64,000 nt of DNA from Bacteroidales bacterium (GCA_015060975.1 SUXI01000005.1:55810-119809); one strand, 5' to 3'. Shown: positions 54,204 through 64,000, counted from the stretch's first letter. The notes: generated by a model from the letters alone, not told the origin. Made by a program: numbers and translations.

Positions 54204-55148
54204 ATGACATCACAATCTACAATAAAACATAAAATCATTGACGCCATTCCCTCCCACATCATTGAAGCGGAATTGACAAAAGACAGATTTCTTCGTCACA
54301 CAAACAAAGGTGGCAATGATATATACATCGTTGATGCTTTCAATGCGCCAAACACATTGAAAGAAATTGGTCGATTGAGAGAAATAGCCTTTCGCTCTGC
54401 CGGGGGGGGCACAGGTAAAGATTGTGATATTGATGAGTTTGACACAATGAATCCACCTTGTCAACAACTCATAGTGTGGGATCCAGATGCCCGATTGATA
54501 TTAGGGGGGTATCGATTTATAATTGGTCGCAACATAAATTTTGAGAATGGAATACCGCACATAGCGACTTCACACATGTTTAAGTTTTCCCCCCGATTTA
54601 TTGAGGAATATCTACCCTATACCCTTGAACTTGGTCGATCTTTTGTAAGACTCGAATATCAATCATCTCGAGAAGGGGCTAAAGCTCTTTACGCACTTGA
54701 CAACCTATGGGACGGACTTGGAGCTTTAACAGTTGTTTATCCCGAGTTAAAATATCTATTTGGGAAAGTTACGATGTATCCCAACTATTCGGTGAATTGC
54801 CGCAACATGATTTTATATTTCCTCAATAAGCATTTTCCCGACAATGAGGCACTGGTTACACCAATAAAGCCTCTCAACACTCACACCGATAGCGACGCCA
54901 TGAAAACTCTTTTCACAGGTAGCTGTTTCAAAGAAGATTACAAGATTCTAAACAAAGCCATTCGTGACTGCGGTTATAATATTCCACCTCTTGTCAATGC
55001 CTATATGAGTTTATCTCCAACGATGAAAATGTTTGGCACTGCCATCAACGATGAATTTGGTGATGTTGAAGAAAGTGGCATATTCTTTGCGATAGATGAG
55101 ATTTTTGAAGAAAAGAAACAACGCCACATTGGAACCTATAAAAATTAA
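54204..55148 (+). CDS. glsB: GNAT-fold hemolysin-like N-acyltransferase (GlsB/OlsB-like)
   Basis: 314 aa; LRHTNKGGNDIYIV, LRE(I)AFR, ELGRSFVRLEYQSS typical of OlsB-like N-acyl amino-acid synthases. Confidence 0.6.
   Translation: MTSQSTIKHKIIDAIPSHIIEAELTKDRFLRHTNKGGNDIYIVDAFNAPNTLKEIGRLREIAFRSAGGGTGKDCDIDEFDTMNPPCQQLIVWDPDARLILGGYRFIIGRNINFENGIPHIATSHMFKFSPRFIEEYLPYTLELGRSFVRLEYQSSREGAKALYALDNLWDGLGALTVVYPELKYLFGKVTMYPNYSVNCRNMILYFLNKHFPDNEALVTPIKPLNTHTDSDAMKTLFTGSCFKEDYKILNKAIRDCGYNIPPLVNAYMSLSPTMKMFGTAINDEFGDVEESGIFFAIDEIFEEKKQRHIGTYKN
54402..54409 (+). repeat. G8 homopolymer inside the glsB-like coding sequence (codes AGGG)
   Basis: ctgc c gggggggg c acagg read directly. Confidence 0.9.
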
Positions 55149-55200
55149 GTCCCCAAATTCACAACACACAAATTTGTTGTTGATAAACAAATAATTTGAT

Positions 55201-55208
55201 TATATTTG
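55201..55208 (+). promoter_or_regulatory. Candidate -7 box TATATTTG upstream of folP
   Basis: 28 nt upstream of GTG 55237. Confidence 0.4.
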
Positions 55209-55236
55209 TGATATCAAAAGTTTTCAATATTGAAAA

Positions 55237-56082
55237 GTGAGAAAGTTTAAACCATTTTCATTAAACATAAAAGGGAGATTAGTGGAGTTTAAGCGTCCCC
55301 AAGTAATGGGGATTCTAAATATTACACCCGATTCGTTTTACAGCGATTCACGTTCTTTTGATATCGACACAATTAATCATCGCATTGACACAATGCTTGC
55401 CGAGGGAGTGGATATTATCGACATTGGAGCTTATTCTTCCCGTCCTGGAGCCAATGAGGTTACATCGCAAGAGGAAATGGACCGATTGGAAAAAGGTATG
55501 AATCTGTTGCGAAAAAAAAATGTTTCAGTTCCCATTTCGGTTGACACGTTTCGTGCCGATGTCGCTCAATTTGCCATTGAAACACTTGGAGCCAATATTA
55601 TCAACGACATTTCGGCTGGACGTCTTGACGATAAAATGATTCCCACCATAAGCAGTCTCAAAGTGCCATATATAGCAATGCACACACGCGGCACTCCCTC
55701 AACAATGAGCAATCTAACGAATTACAACAATATAACCGCCGATGTGATTTTAGAGTTATCACAACAAATAAATCGTCTCACTCTTGCCGGTGTTAATGAC
55801 ATAATCATCGATCCGGGATTTGGCTTTGCCAAAACACTTGAGCAAAACTTTGAATTGCTTCAAAATCTTGAATCGCTTCACGAATTAGGTTATCCATTGC
55901 TTGTGGGAATTTCTCGCAAATCAATGATATATAAAGCACTCGAGACGTCTGCCGACAACGCACTAAACGGCACCACTGTCGCAAATACCATAGCCCTACA
56001 AGCCGGAGCTGCAATATTGCGAGTACATGACGTGAAAGAAGCAACCGAAGCAATTAAAATAGTTGAAATGACAAACAATTAA
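55237..56082 (+). CDS. folP: Dihydropteroate synthase
   Basis: 281 aa; MGILNITPDSFY, DIGAYSSRPGA, IINDIS, DPGFGFAK, GISRKS motifs. Confidence 0.9.
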   Translation: MRKFKPFSLNIKGRLVEFKRPQVMGILNITPDSFYSDSRSFDIDTINHRIDTMLAEGVDIIDIGAYSSRPGANEVTSQEEMDRLEKGMNLLRKKNVSVPISVDTFRADVAQFAIETLGANIINDISAGRLDDKMIPTISSLKVPYIAMHTRGTPSTMSNLTNYNNITADVILELSQQINRLTLAGVNDIIIDPGFGFAKTLEQNFELLQNLESLHELGYPLLVGISRKSMIYKALETSADNALNGTTVANTIALQAGAAILRVHDVKEATEAIKIVEMTNN

Positions 56083-56100
56083 CCCACATACAACATAAAT

Positions 56101-56880
56101 ATGGAAATTTTTGGAATAAAAGACGCTCTCGACATTATATTAGTTGCCATGATGCTGTATTATCTTTTCCGACTTATGAAAGAATCGGGAACCATTAATA
56201 TCTTTTATGGTGTAATGGCTTTTATTGTAGTGTGGGCTATCGCCTCGCAAATGCTTGAAATGAAGCTCACAGGCACAATATTGGATAAGTTTATGAATAT
56301 AGGATTATTGGTATTGGTAATTTTATTTCAAGATCAAATAAAACGTTTTCTCGTTGAATTAGGGTCACAAAAACGTTGGCGATTTCTGCGTAACATATTT
56401 CAGCATAAAACAAATGTCAACAATAACGATGTGCAACAATGGATTATGGCAGTTGTATATGCGTGTATGAACTTCTCCAAAAGCAAAACCGGTGCGCTCA
56501 TTGTGATTCAACAAGATATTCCACTTGAGAATTATGAAAACACCGGCGACATAATTGATGCACAAATAAATTCCCGCCTAATCGAAAATATTTTTTTCAA
56601 GAACTCGCCATTACACGACGGCGCAATGATTATTGCTAATGGTCGCATCAAAGCTGCCGGATGTATTTTGCCTGTAAGCCACGACACGTCCATTCCTCGA
56701 TCTCTCGGACTGCGTCACCGCTCGGCATTAGGCATCTCACAAGCCACCGATGCCATAGCCATTATTGTGTCGGAAGAATCAGGCAACATATCAATTGCCT
56801 ATAAAGGAAAATTCAACATGAAACTATCATCTACCGACCTCGAACAACGCTTAACACGATTGGTTGCAAACAACAACTAA
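56101..56880 (+). CDS. cdaA: Diadenylate cyclase (membrane-anchored DisA_N/DAC domain)
   Basis: 259 aa; three N-terminal TM helices; TGALIVI, SPLHDGAMII, GLRHRSALGISQATDAIAIIVSEESG. Confidence 0.85.
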   Translation: MEIFGIKDALDIILVAMMLYYLFRLMKESGTINIFYGVMAFIVVWAIASQMLEMKLTGTILDKFMNIGLLVLVILFQDQIKRFLVELGSQKRWRFLRNIFQHKTNVNNNDVQQWIMAVVYACMNFSKSKTGALIVIQQDIPLENYENTGDIIDAQINSRLIENIFFKNSPLHDGAMIIANGRIKAAGCILPVSHDTSIPRSLGLRHRSALGISQATDAIAIIVSEESGNISIAYKGKFNMKLSSTDLEQRLTRLVANNN

Positions 56881-56899
56881 CACACATATTGTATCTTAT

Positions 56900-58618
56900 A
56901 TGTCATTCACAACAAATATTTTTGACAAAAAAGCAATCGCACTCATTATTGTGTGTATCGCCACTCTATTTTTATTTCTTGGGATAAAACATTTCCACAC
57001 CAAAGGTGAACCTCGCGAAGCACTTGTAGCTCAAGCTATGATTAATGACCAAAATTGGATTCTTCCTATAACAAACGGTGTTGACATTGCATATAAACCG
57101 CCATTGTTTCATTGGTCGATAGCGTGCATATCGTCGGTTGTAGGCGAGGTTAACGAATATACCTCTCGAATGCCTTCGGCTATAGCCACAACCATCATGG
57201 TGTTAATGGGATATTATTTCTTTCGCAAGCGACGCGGCTCTCAAATTGCATTTTTGGCAATGCTTATAACTCTTACTAATTTTGAAGTGCATCGTGCGGC
57301 AACCAATTGCCGTGTTGACATGCTGTTAGCCGCAATGATGGTAATGGCGTTGTTTTTTCTTTATCGGTGGTATGAAAAAAAACTCCGAGGTGCGCCATGG
57401 CTGGCAATACTTTGTTTAAGTGGAGCATTTTTAACCAAAGGTCCTGTGGGAGTATTGCTCCCATGCACTGTCATTGGAGCATTAGCTTGGATTAGAGGCA
57501 TAGGATTTATTCGTTCACTCTTGTCTATGGTTGCGGTAGTTCTTTGTGCATGTATCATTCCTTCAGTATGGTATTATGCGGCATGGCTACAAGGGGGCAA
57601 TAAATTCTCTCAACTTGTATATGAAGAAAACGTATTGCGACTTTTAGGAAAAATGACATATTCTTCTCATGAAAATCCATGGACTTATAATGTCACAACA
57701 CTAATTGCCGGATTTGTCCCATATACCCTACTTGCTTTGCTATCTATTTTCACTCTTAAATATACTCGAATAAGCAACAAGCCTCGTCAATGGTGGACCC
57801 GATTTGTGAACTACATTAAAACAATGGACGACACTCGCTTATTCTCCTTACTGTGCATTATAATAATGTTTGTTTTTTATTGCATTCCCAAAAGCAAACG
57901 AAGCGTATATCTATTACCCATATACCCATTTATCGCTTATTATCTGGCCGAATACATTTTATATTTAGTAAACAATCGTCCAAAATCGGTAAAATGGTTT
58001 AATGGCACACTTGCTGTTTTGAGCATATTTTTAACCTTCGTTATTTTCATTATTGCATCAGGAGTTATACCCGATTCCATTTTTAATGGCAAACGTGCCG
58101 ATGAAAATACAGCAATGCTCAACGCCATTGAAAACATGCCGTTATGGAGCTATATCATTATAATACTACCACTAATTTCCGGAATAATTTATTTTTCTTA
58201 TAAGAAAAAATTTTGCGACTATCAATTGGCTTGTTGCGGTGGCATTATGACTGCTATCATATATATAACCCTTAATGGCGCCATATTACCTGCCGTATTA
58301 AACATTAAATCCGACAAGCCACAGGCCGAAAAGATTGCCCAACTGGCTCCCGAAGGAACAGTTTATTCATTCTTTGCGAAAAACGTTGAAGGGAACTTGC
58401 TCCACCCTTTTACAATAAATTTCTATATAGGCAATCGAATGGTGCCATTTGAAAGCAAAATGCCCTCTAATGGTTATGTTGTCATTGGTGAAGATGATTT
58501 CAACTCATTTGTAACCAAATTCGGACAAACATACTGTATTTCTCAACTTGCCGACTCTCGTTATCGCAGTTGCGACTCTCGCAAATATACCCATATATAT
58601 TTCTTTGCCAAGAAATAG
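56900..58618 (+). CDS. ArnT/PMT-like family-39 glycosyltransferase (polytopic membrane)
   Basis: ORF track start 56864 overlaps cdaA; ATG 56900 preferred. KGEPREALVAQAMI...YKPPLFHW N-terminal loop typical of GT39/ArnT-like enzymes; more than 10 TM spans. Confidence 0.7.
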   Translation: MSFTTNIFDKKAIALIIVCIATLFLFLGIKHFHTKGEPREALVAQAMINDQNWILPITNGVDIAYKPPLFHWSIACISSVVGEVNEYTSRMPSAIATTIMVLMGYYFFRKRRGSQIAFLAMLITLTNFEVHRAATNCRVDMLLAAMMVMALFFLYRWYEKKLRGAPWLAILCLSGAFLTKGPVGVLLPCTVIGALAWIRGIGFIRSLLSMVAVVLCACIIPSVWYYAAWLQGGNKFSQLVYEENVLRLLGKMTYSSHENPWTYNVTTLIAGFVPYTLLALLSIFTLKYTRISNKPRQWWTRFVNYIKTMDDTRLFSLLCIIIMFVFYCIPKSKRSVYLLPIYPFIAYYLAEYILYLVNNRPKSVKWFNGTLAVLSIFLTFVIFIIASGVIPDSIFNGKRADENTAMLNAIENMPLWSYIIIILPLISGIIYFSYKKKFCDYQLACCGGIMTAIIYITLNGAILPAVLNIKSDKPQAEKIAQLAPEGTVYSFFAKNVEGNLLHPFTINFYIGNRMVPFESKMPSNGYVVIGEDDFNSFVTKFGQTYCISQLADSRYRSCDSRKYTHIYFFAKK

Positions 58619-58635
58619 TGCGATATTAATAACAA

Positions 58636-58669
58636 AATGCGAGCACCAACCTTAGTCGATGCTCGCATT
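58636..58669. terminator. Hairpin between convergent GT39 and typA genes
   Basis: aatgcgagca-14 nt-tgctcgcatt (10-bp perfect stem). Confidence 0.5.
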
Positions 58670-58691
58670 TATCTCATATTATTCATTTTGA

Positions 58692-60491
58692 TTATACTTT
58701 ATTAGCGCGTTTACGCTCGATTTCATCGAGGATTATTTTGCGTAAGCGAATGTGGTGAGGTGTTACCTCTACATATTCATCTTCCTTGATATATTCGAGT
58801 GCTTCTTCAAGACTAAACACTACCGGAGGAATGATACGCGCCTTGTCGTCGGCTCCCGATGCACGCATATTGGTCAATTTCTTCGACTTGGTCACGTTCA
58901 CCACTATATCATTATCCTTGGCGTTCTCCCCTACCACTTGTCCGGCATAAACCTCCTCTTGTGGGAAGATGAAGAAACGGCCGCGATCTTGCAACTTATC
59001 GATAGCGTAGGCATATGCTGTGCCGGCTTCCATAGCGATGAGCGAACCATTTGTGCGACGCTCGATATCACCTTTCCATGGTTGATATTCGTGGAAACGG
59101 TGAGCCATAATAGCCTCTCCTGCCGATGCGGTCAATACATTATTACGCAAACCGATGATACCTCGCGATGGAATGTGGAATTCCATGTGTACACGGTCGT
59201 TTTGTGCTGTCATCGACACCATTTCACCCTTGCGACGAGTCACCATATCGATGATTTTGCTTGAGTACTCCTCTGTGACGTTGATTGTGAGCAATTCAAC
59301 AGGCTCACACTTCTTGCCGTCTATTTCTTTAACAATAACTTGTGGTTGTCCCACTTGCAATTCATATCCTTCGCGACGCATTGTCTCAATCAACACCGAG
59401 AGGTGAAGCACTCCACGCCCAAACACGGTCCACACATCTTCGTGGTCGGCTTTTGACACACGCAATGCCAAGTTGCGGTCGAGTTCCTTTTCAAGACGGT
59501 CGGCAATGTGACGCGAGGTCACAAACTTACCATCTTTGCCAAAGAACGGACTATCGTTGATTGTGAAAGTCATTGACATCGTAGGCTCATCGATTGCGAT
59601 GCGTGGAAGTGGTTCGGGATTGTTAAAGTCGGCCACCGTGTCGCCAATTTCAAACCCTTCAATACCCACAAGCGCACAAATATCGCCACTCTTCACACTC
59701 TCCACCTTCTTGCGAGCCATACCCTCGAATGTGTGGAGCTCTTTGATACGTTGACGCACCACCGTGCCATCTTTCTTGCAGAGAGCGATATCCATATTCT
59801 CACGCAATTCGCCACGATGCACACGACCTATGGCAATGCGTCCCACATAGTTAGAGAAATCGAGCGAAGTGATAAGCATTTGCGCATCACCCTCAATCAC
59901 CTCAGGTTCGGGAATGTGTTCAATGATAGCATCAAGCAATGGAAGGATATTTTCGGTAGGCTTGTTCCAATCAGTACTCATCCAACCTTGCTTTGCCGAA
60001 CCATAGATTGTTGGGAAATCGAGTTGTTCCTCAGTCGCATCAAGATTAAACATGAGGTCAAACACCATCTCTTGCACCTCATCGGGGCGGCAGTTAGGCT
60101 TGTCAACCTTATTGATAACCACCACAGGTTTCAACCCCATTTGAATCGCCTTTTGAAGCACAAAACGTGTTTGAGGCATTGGACCCTCAAAAGCGTCAAC
60201 CAATAGCAGACAGCCATCGGCCATATTCAACACACGTTCCACCTCGCCACCAAAGTCGGCGTGTCCCGGAGTATCAATAATATTTATCTTATAACCTTTG
60301 TAATCGATCGACACGTTTTTAGACAGGATAGTAATTCCACGTTCACGCTCAAGGTCATTATTATCAAGAATCAATTCACCTGCATTTTGATTTTCGCGGA
60401 ACAGGTTACCCGCAAGCAACATCTTATCAACCACAGTAGTTTTCCCGTGGTCAACGTGCGCAATAATAGCAATATTTCTAATCTTCTGCAT
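58692..60491 (-). CDS. typA: Translational GTPase TypA/BipA
   Basis: ORF track start 60524 lies in the promoter; ATG 60491 ([19 protein letters not shown]) preferred. [19 protein letters not shown]. Confidence 0.95.
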   Translation of the reverse strand: MQKIRNIAIIAHVDHGKTTVVDKMLLAGNLFRENQNAGELILDNNDLERERGITILSKNVSIDYKGYKINIIDTPGHADFGGEVERVLNMADGCLLLVDAFEGPMPQTRFVLQKAIQMGLKPVVVINKVDKPNCRPDEVQEMVFDLMFNLDATEEQLDFPTIYGSAKQGWMSTDWNKPTENILPLLDAIIEHIPEPEVIEGDAQMLITSLDFSNYVGRIAIGRVHRGELRENMDIALCKKDGTVVRQRIKELHTFEGMARKKVESVKSGDICALVGIEGFEIGDTVADFNNPEPLPRIAIDEPTMSMTFTINDSPFFGKDGKFVTSRHIADRLEKELDRNLALRVSKADHEDVWTVFGRGVLHLSVLIETMRREGYELQVGQPQVIVKEIDGKKCEPVELLTINVTEEYSSKIIDMVTRRKGEMVSMTAQNDRVHMEFHIPSRGIIGLRNNVLTASAGEAIMAHRFHEYQPWKGDIERRTNGSLIAMEAGTAYAYAIDKLQDRGRFFIFPQEEVYAGQVVGENAKDNDIVVNVTKSKKLTNMRASGADDKARIIPPVVFSLEEALEYIKEDEYVEVTPHHIRLRKIILDEIERKRANKV

Positions 60492-60521
60492 AAACCGGCA
60501 GTTAAAATTCATTTCAATCTG

Positions 60522-60529
60522 CAAAGTTA
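60522..60529 (-). promoter_or_regulatory. Candidate -7 box TAACTTTG upstream of typA
   Basis: caaagtta on plus strand, 30 nt upstream of ATG 60491. Confidence 0.4.
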
Positions 60530-60762
60530 CACAAATCTCCCCACAACTCCCCTATTTACCTCAAAGAAAGTTACAAATAATATTTCAATAAATCAACTTC
60601 GTTCGTTGCTGTGCTGGGTTCTTAAAAAATATTTATTAGGTGGGGTGATGTGGGGATTTTAGTTAAATTATTTGTAATCCTTCCAAATAAATTAAACCCA
60701 TATAAACTTATATAGTCAAAGGTTTGTAATATTTAATTATTAACCACTAAATGATTATTGAA

Positions 60763-61206
60763 ATGAAGAAATTTTTAGGTATTTTTTTAGCGATAGCATT
60801 GATTTCGACTATCGGCTTTGTGGCGTTTGCCGACAGAAATATTTCGTCAAATGAACTCCCCAACGAGGCTAAGGCGTTTATCAACAAGCATTATGCAGGT
60901 ACTACAATCTATGAATGTGAGATTGATGACATGGAGTATAATGTGGAGTTGAGTAATGGCGTTGACCTTGAGTTTAATCGCAATGGCAAGTTGGTAAAAA
61001 TCGAGGCCGACCATGGTGCAATTGCTCAATCGGTATTAAAAGCTATTCTTCCCGCCAAAGCAATGCAACATCTCACATCGCAGGGTCTTGCCGACCGTGT
61101 TGATGATGTGGAATTCCGTCGCAACAGTATCGTTGTAGATATCAACAACTCTCGCGACCACGAAATACGTTTCAATCTCGATGGTTCATTAAAAGGTCGC
61201 CGTTAA
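60763..61206 (+). CDS. PepSY-like (DUF2874) exported protein
   Basis: ATG 60763 (MKKFLGIFLAIALIS) preferred over 60751; LPNEAKAFINKHYAG...EYNVELSNGVDLEFNRNGKLVKIE repeated twice in degenerate form. Confidence 0.55.
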   Translation: MKKFLGIFLAIALISTIGFVAFADRNISSNELPNEAKAFINKHYAGTTIYECEIDDMEYNVELSNGVDLEFNRNGKLVKIEADHGAIAQSVLKAILPAKAMQHLTSQGLADRVDDVEFRRNSIVVDINNSRDHEIRFNLDGSLKGRR

Positions 61207-61248
61207 GACTATAAACGAAACTAAGCAGTAAAACAATATATTACCCAC

Positions 61249-61292
61249 GAAGTTGTGTCATAATACCGGTATTATGGCATAACTTCTTTTTT
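61249..61292 (+). terminator. Rho-independent terminator after 60763..61206
   Basis: gaagttgtgtcataatacc/ggtattatggcataacttc long imperfect stem followed by TTTTTT. Confidence 0.65.
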
Positions 61293-61334
61293 GCATCTAA
61301 CACCCAATCCCTTGCAAACTCATTAACGAATTAT

Positions 61335-61342
61335 TAATTTTG
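61335..61342 (+). promoter_or_regulatory. Candidate -7 box TAATTTTG upstream of the endonuclease-I-like gene
   Basis: 39 nt upstream of ATG 61382; overlaps the TTG used as start by the ORF track. Confidence 0.4.
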
Positions 61343-61381
61343 CATCAAAGACAACTCTATAACACTTTTTTTAAAGCAACC

Positions 61382-62386
61382 ATGAGAAGATATTTTGTTT
61401 ATCTGTTTTTAGTATTGCTATTCCGCATCCCTGCCACAGCGCAAAACGGATTTGTGGGAAAATGCGGAGCCGAATTAAAAAAGCACCTCCATGAGAATTT
61501 CCAACCCAAAACAATCGTCCCGACAGACAATATATGGAGCGTTTTTCGTCAATGCGACATAAATGCCGATGGCACTGTTCTTGACCGCTATTCATCGCAA
61601 CTCGTTCCATTCCCCACCGACAGCATTTCTTCTCCCGACAACACAACCATCGACTATGTCACCGACCTTTCTTGGTGGGGAACCCGCATCAACGAATCAA
61701 TAAAGACCGATTTATACAACATTTTGCCGTGCAATATCGATGTTCCCATGCACAAATGCGACTATATGCCGGGAGAAATAACCGACACTATTTATTCTAA
61801 TGGTATATGGGCTACAGGATGGGGGTATATCGATGAATATCGAATCAACTTATATGTACCGCCAAAAGGTTATGAGGGGGACTTTGCACGCATTATAATG
61901 TATATGGCAACCATTCATCACGCCGAACACTGGAGCGGCCAAGGGGTCAACTTCTTTCTCGATGGAGCCTACCCCACCCTCAATGGTTATTCAAAAAGCC
62001 TGCTACTGAAATGGCACAATCAAGACACTGTGAGCGATATTGAGATTTTGCGTAATAACATTATAGAAACAGTTCAAGGCAACAGGAATCCGTTTGTGGA
62101 TTATCCCTATCTCGCCGATTACATTTGGGGCGAGAAATCCACTCAACCATACATTCCCGAAACGCCTCGCGAAAAAATTCCGTTACGCTCCACCTACTCA
62201 ATTTCAACCGACAAAAACATCGACCTATATTCACCATATATCCCCGATGATGTGAATTGGACAATTAACGGCACTATCGTTGAAACAGAGAGCATACCCA
62301 CCCGGCAGCTTGGCGTGGGTACTCATGAATTAAGATATGAATCAACAAAAGTTAAAGGTAAACTTAAAATAAATATAACCGAATAA
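61382..62386 (+). CDS. Endonuclease I (Endonuclease_1) family homolog with substituted catalytic residues, secreted
   Basis: ATG 61382 (MRRYFVYLFLVLLFRIPATAQ). Family hallmarks GDFARIIMYMAT, LLKWHNQDTVSDIEILRNNIIETVQGNRNPFVDYP. The usual N-R-E-H-x-x-P-x-SW and DLHHL motifs read TIDYVTDLSWWG and DLYNIL. Confidence 0.6.
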   Translation: MRRYFVYLFLVLLFRIPATAQNGFVGKCGAELKKHLHENFQPKTIVPTDNIWSVFRQCDINADGTVLDRYSSQLVPFPTDSISSPDNTTIDYVTDLSWWGTRINESIKTDLYNILPCNIDVPMHKCDYMPGEITDTIYSNGIWATGWGYIDEYRINLYVPPKGYEGDFARIIMYMATIHHAEHWSGQGVNFFLDGAYPTLNGYSKSLLLKWHNQDTVSDIEILRNNIIETVQGNRNPFVDYPYLADYIWGEKSTQPYIPETPREKIPLRSTYSISTDKNIDLYSPYIPDDVNWTINGTIVETESIPTRQLGVGTHELRYESTKVKGKLKINITE

Positions 62387-62388
62387 TC

Positions 62389-63063
62389 ATGAAATCTATA
62401 TATCGCATATTAACGGGAATAATCACATTTCTATATTTCATATCACTGCAATCTTGCAACGACAACGACGAGCCTATTTCGTCGGGATTAAGGCCTTCGC
62501 TCAGCAATGATTCCACCGAGATTATCGTAGGAGAGTGCGACACTTTACATGTTTTAGACGCAAAAGCGATAATATCGGCTACGGCTCACGATACAACAAT
62601 TATAGATATCAAGACCGCAGGATTGAATATTTTTATAACAGCTCTCAAAGAAGGAAAAACAATCGTTGACATTCTTGCCGACGGTACCCGATTGCAATGT
62701 GCGGTTAAAGTGAGTGAACGTCCTATCCCTCCCTACGATTTTTCTAAGGAACTGAGCGATAATCGATGTCGTTTCTCTTCTCAATCTCTAACGTTATACT
62801 ACGACACTCCCGGTAATATTTTTTCGATATGGGATAATCGTAAAATAGAGATTATCAACTTAGATTCATTGCATCATATACTTTTCGATGCTAAAGAAAA
62901 TATCACAACCAACGGGCAACAGCTATCCCCGACATTAACAATAAACAACATTGAAATTCCAATTTCCGAAGCCACCGTTGAAGAACATTCAACTCGTGGC
63001 ACTTGGTTTAACATTTTGACAAAATCACACGAAAGAATAGTTATCGCTATAACCAATTTATAA
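62389..63063 (+). CDS. Lipoprotein with Big_2-like Ig domain, function unknown
   Basis: 224 aa; lipobox SLQSC; TEIIVGECDTLHVL...ITALKEGKTIVDILADG resembles Big_2; starts 3 nt after the previous stop. Confidence 0.45.
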   Translation: MKSIYRILTGIITFLYFISLQSCNDNDEPISSGLRPSLSNDSTEIIVGECDTLHVLDAKAIISATAHDTTIIDIKTAGLNIFITALKEGKTIVDILADGTRLQCAVKVSERPIPPYDFSKELSDNRCRFSSQSLTLYYDTPGNIFSIWDNRKIEIINLDSLHHILFDAKENITTNGQQLSPTLTINNIEIPISEATVEEHSTRGTWFNILTKSHERIVIAITNL

Positions 63064-63075
63064 CCACCTATAAAT

Positions 63076-63116
63076 AAACATGAGGGTGAGCTTTCGCAAG
63101 CCCCACCCTCATGTTT
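63076..63116. terminator. Bidirectional terminator between convergent genes
   Basis: aaacatgagggtg-15 nt-caccctcatgttt (13-bp perfect stem). Confidence 0.6.
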
Positions 63117-63129
63117 TAGCTCAATTACT

Positions 63130-64000
63130 TTATTTTTTTATCAAAATATTTGATTTGCCTAATGCATTGATGATATACAATCCCTTAGGAATATCGTCAA
63201 TATTAATGGTGGCAGTGGATGAATTTACATCTACCGTCTTCACCTCATATCCATCTATCGCAAAAACTTTTACAGTTCCTATTACTTGAGGTGCGACAAT
63301 AGTAAAATATGTTTCAGCCGGATTAGGATATATATTAAATATTGATTGACTCACAACATTTTCTATTCCGGTAAACACCCCGACAAAATTAGTTTCTCCA
63401 CCCGAAGTAGTATAATTTATTAATGGGTTGGTATCGGCATAATTTGCATTTACTATAAAATTCCATTTCACCAATTCGCCATCAATTGGGGCATTATCAC
63501 CATCATCATCATTTACATCAACATTATCACGTTCTTTCCATTTTACTATTTGCTGTGAAATCGTATTGGTGTTTGTTTTATCTGAAATGATTTTATCAAT
63601 TAATGCATCTCTCGCCGCACCAAAATCGTATGTACCCGGAATTGTTGCAGGAGTAACAATTTCTCCATCTTCATTGTATGTAGCTTCAATAAGCACATAG
63701 CCATCCTTATCGGGAGTCAAACCGGTACAATTTTCACCTGTATTTTCATCAATAGGATCATATAGATAAAAACTATCCACCGTTTTCACCTCACCCTTGC
63801 CTTTATCAACTGTGATTGTATAATTTGTCACAGGGTCAACACTTGCCGGTTTCTCAACATCCATATAAATATAATAATATTGGAAATCGGTATCAGGCTT
63901 ATTATCTCCATCAGTGTCTTTTTTAACAACGTATGTTTCTTTATAAATCTGAGTCGTTGCCTGCGGATTTTTAGGAATATACGCATTTGCCGCCACATAT
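63130..64000 (-). CDS. T9SS-sorted surface protein, C-terminal part (gene probably continues past the right edge)
   Basis: Frame is open to base 64000; the GTG at 63996 is probably just the first start-like codon in the window. Tail IFNIYPNPAETYFTIVAPQVIGTVKVFAIDGYEV...GLYIINALGKSNILIKK is a T9SS C-terminal domain. Confidence 0.6.
   Translation of the reverse strand, partial: YVAANAYIPKNPQATTQIYKETYVVKKDTDGDNKPDTDFQYYYIYMDVEKPASVDPVTNYTITVDKGKGEVKTVDSFYLYDPIDENTGENCTGLTPDKDGYVLIEATYNEDGEIVTPATIPGTYDFGAARDALIDKIISDKTNTNTISQQIVKWKERDNVDVNDDDGDNAPIDGELVKWNFIVNANYADTNPLINYTTSGGETNFVGVFTGIENVVSQSIFNIYPNPAETYFTIVAPQVIGTVKVFAIDGYEVKTVDVNSSTATINIDDIPKGLYIINALGKSNILIKK

Noticed and set aside
55512-55520. 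A9 tract inside folP as a phase-variation site
   Set aside because: A/T runs are common in this AT-rich genome, the tract encodes KKK/N in frame, and folP is a housekeeping gene. Nothing supports variability.
63080-63289. 69-aa plus-strand ORF 63080..63289
   Set aside because: It starts inside the 13-bp-stem terminator hairpin and runs antisense to the T9SS tail of 63130..64000. No supporting features.
1-64000. Mobile elements, prophage, integrases, tRNA/rRNA genes
   Set aside because: Reading all ORF translations and the larger intergenic regions, I saw no transposase, integrase, phage structural protein or tRNA-like sequence. Small RNAs cannot be excluded without Infernal/tRNAscan.

Overview
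64-kb chromosomal segment of a low-GC Bacteroidota (Bacteroidales-like) genome. Many products end in T9SS C-terminal sorting domains, and start codons are preceded by Bacteroides-type TAnnTTTG -7 boxes. By eye I found no rRNA, tRNA, CRISPR array, transposase or integrase. Left edge: a secreted three-gene module (cohesin-like protein, 1210-aa dockerin/LRR/T9SS protein with 222-bp tandem coding repeats, beta-helix protein), then a toxin-antitoxin remnant and an AAA ATPase whose Walker-A segment is repeated 1.4 kb downstream. Core (8.2-35.6 kb): 16 consecutive minus-strand genes. These are two paralogous T9SS phosphodiester glycosidases, a duplicated cassette of T9SS Amidase_3 plus TolB-like propeller, and a 10-gene operon (large secreted amidase-like protein, GT2, HIT-like DUF4922, SpoIID-like, AmpG, NamZ, Dld-II-type FAD/FeS dehydrogenase, HGSNAT-like acyltransferase, MurK-like kinase, MurQ). 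I read this as a candidate system for dismantling and importing foreign peptidoglycan; it is the most interesting signal. Just upstream, a 175-bp element bounded by perfect 18-bp inverted repeats carries a -7 box between two divergent operons and may be an invertible promoter. Right half: a frameshift-split LRR lipoprotein between small OM beta-barrels, and housekeeping genes (hisS, obg, pgeF, folP, cdaA, typA). It also holds a glycan locus with CMP-nonulosonate activation genes but no synthase, an SDR epimerase lacking a canonical start codon, a glycine-lipid acyltransferase pair with an internal G8 tract, an ArnT-like GT39, and an endonuclease-I homolog with substituted catalytic residues. 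All calls rest on reading the ORF translations and the DNA by eye; family assignments need HMM confirmation.
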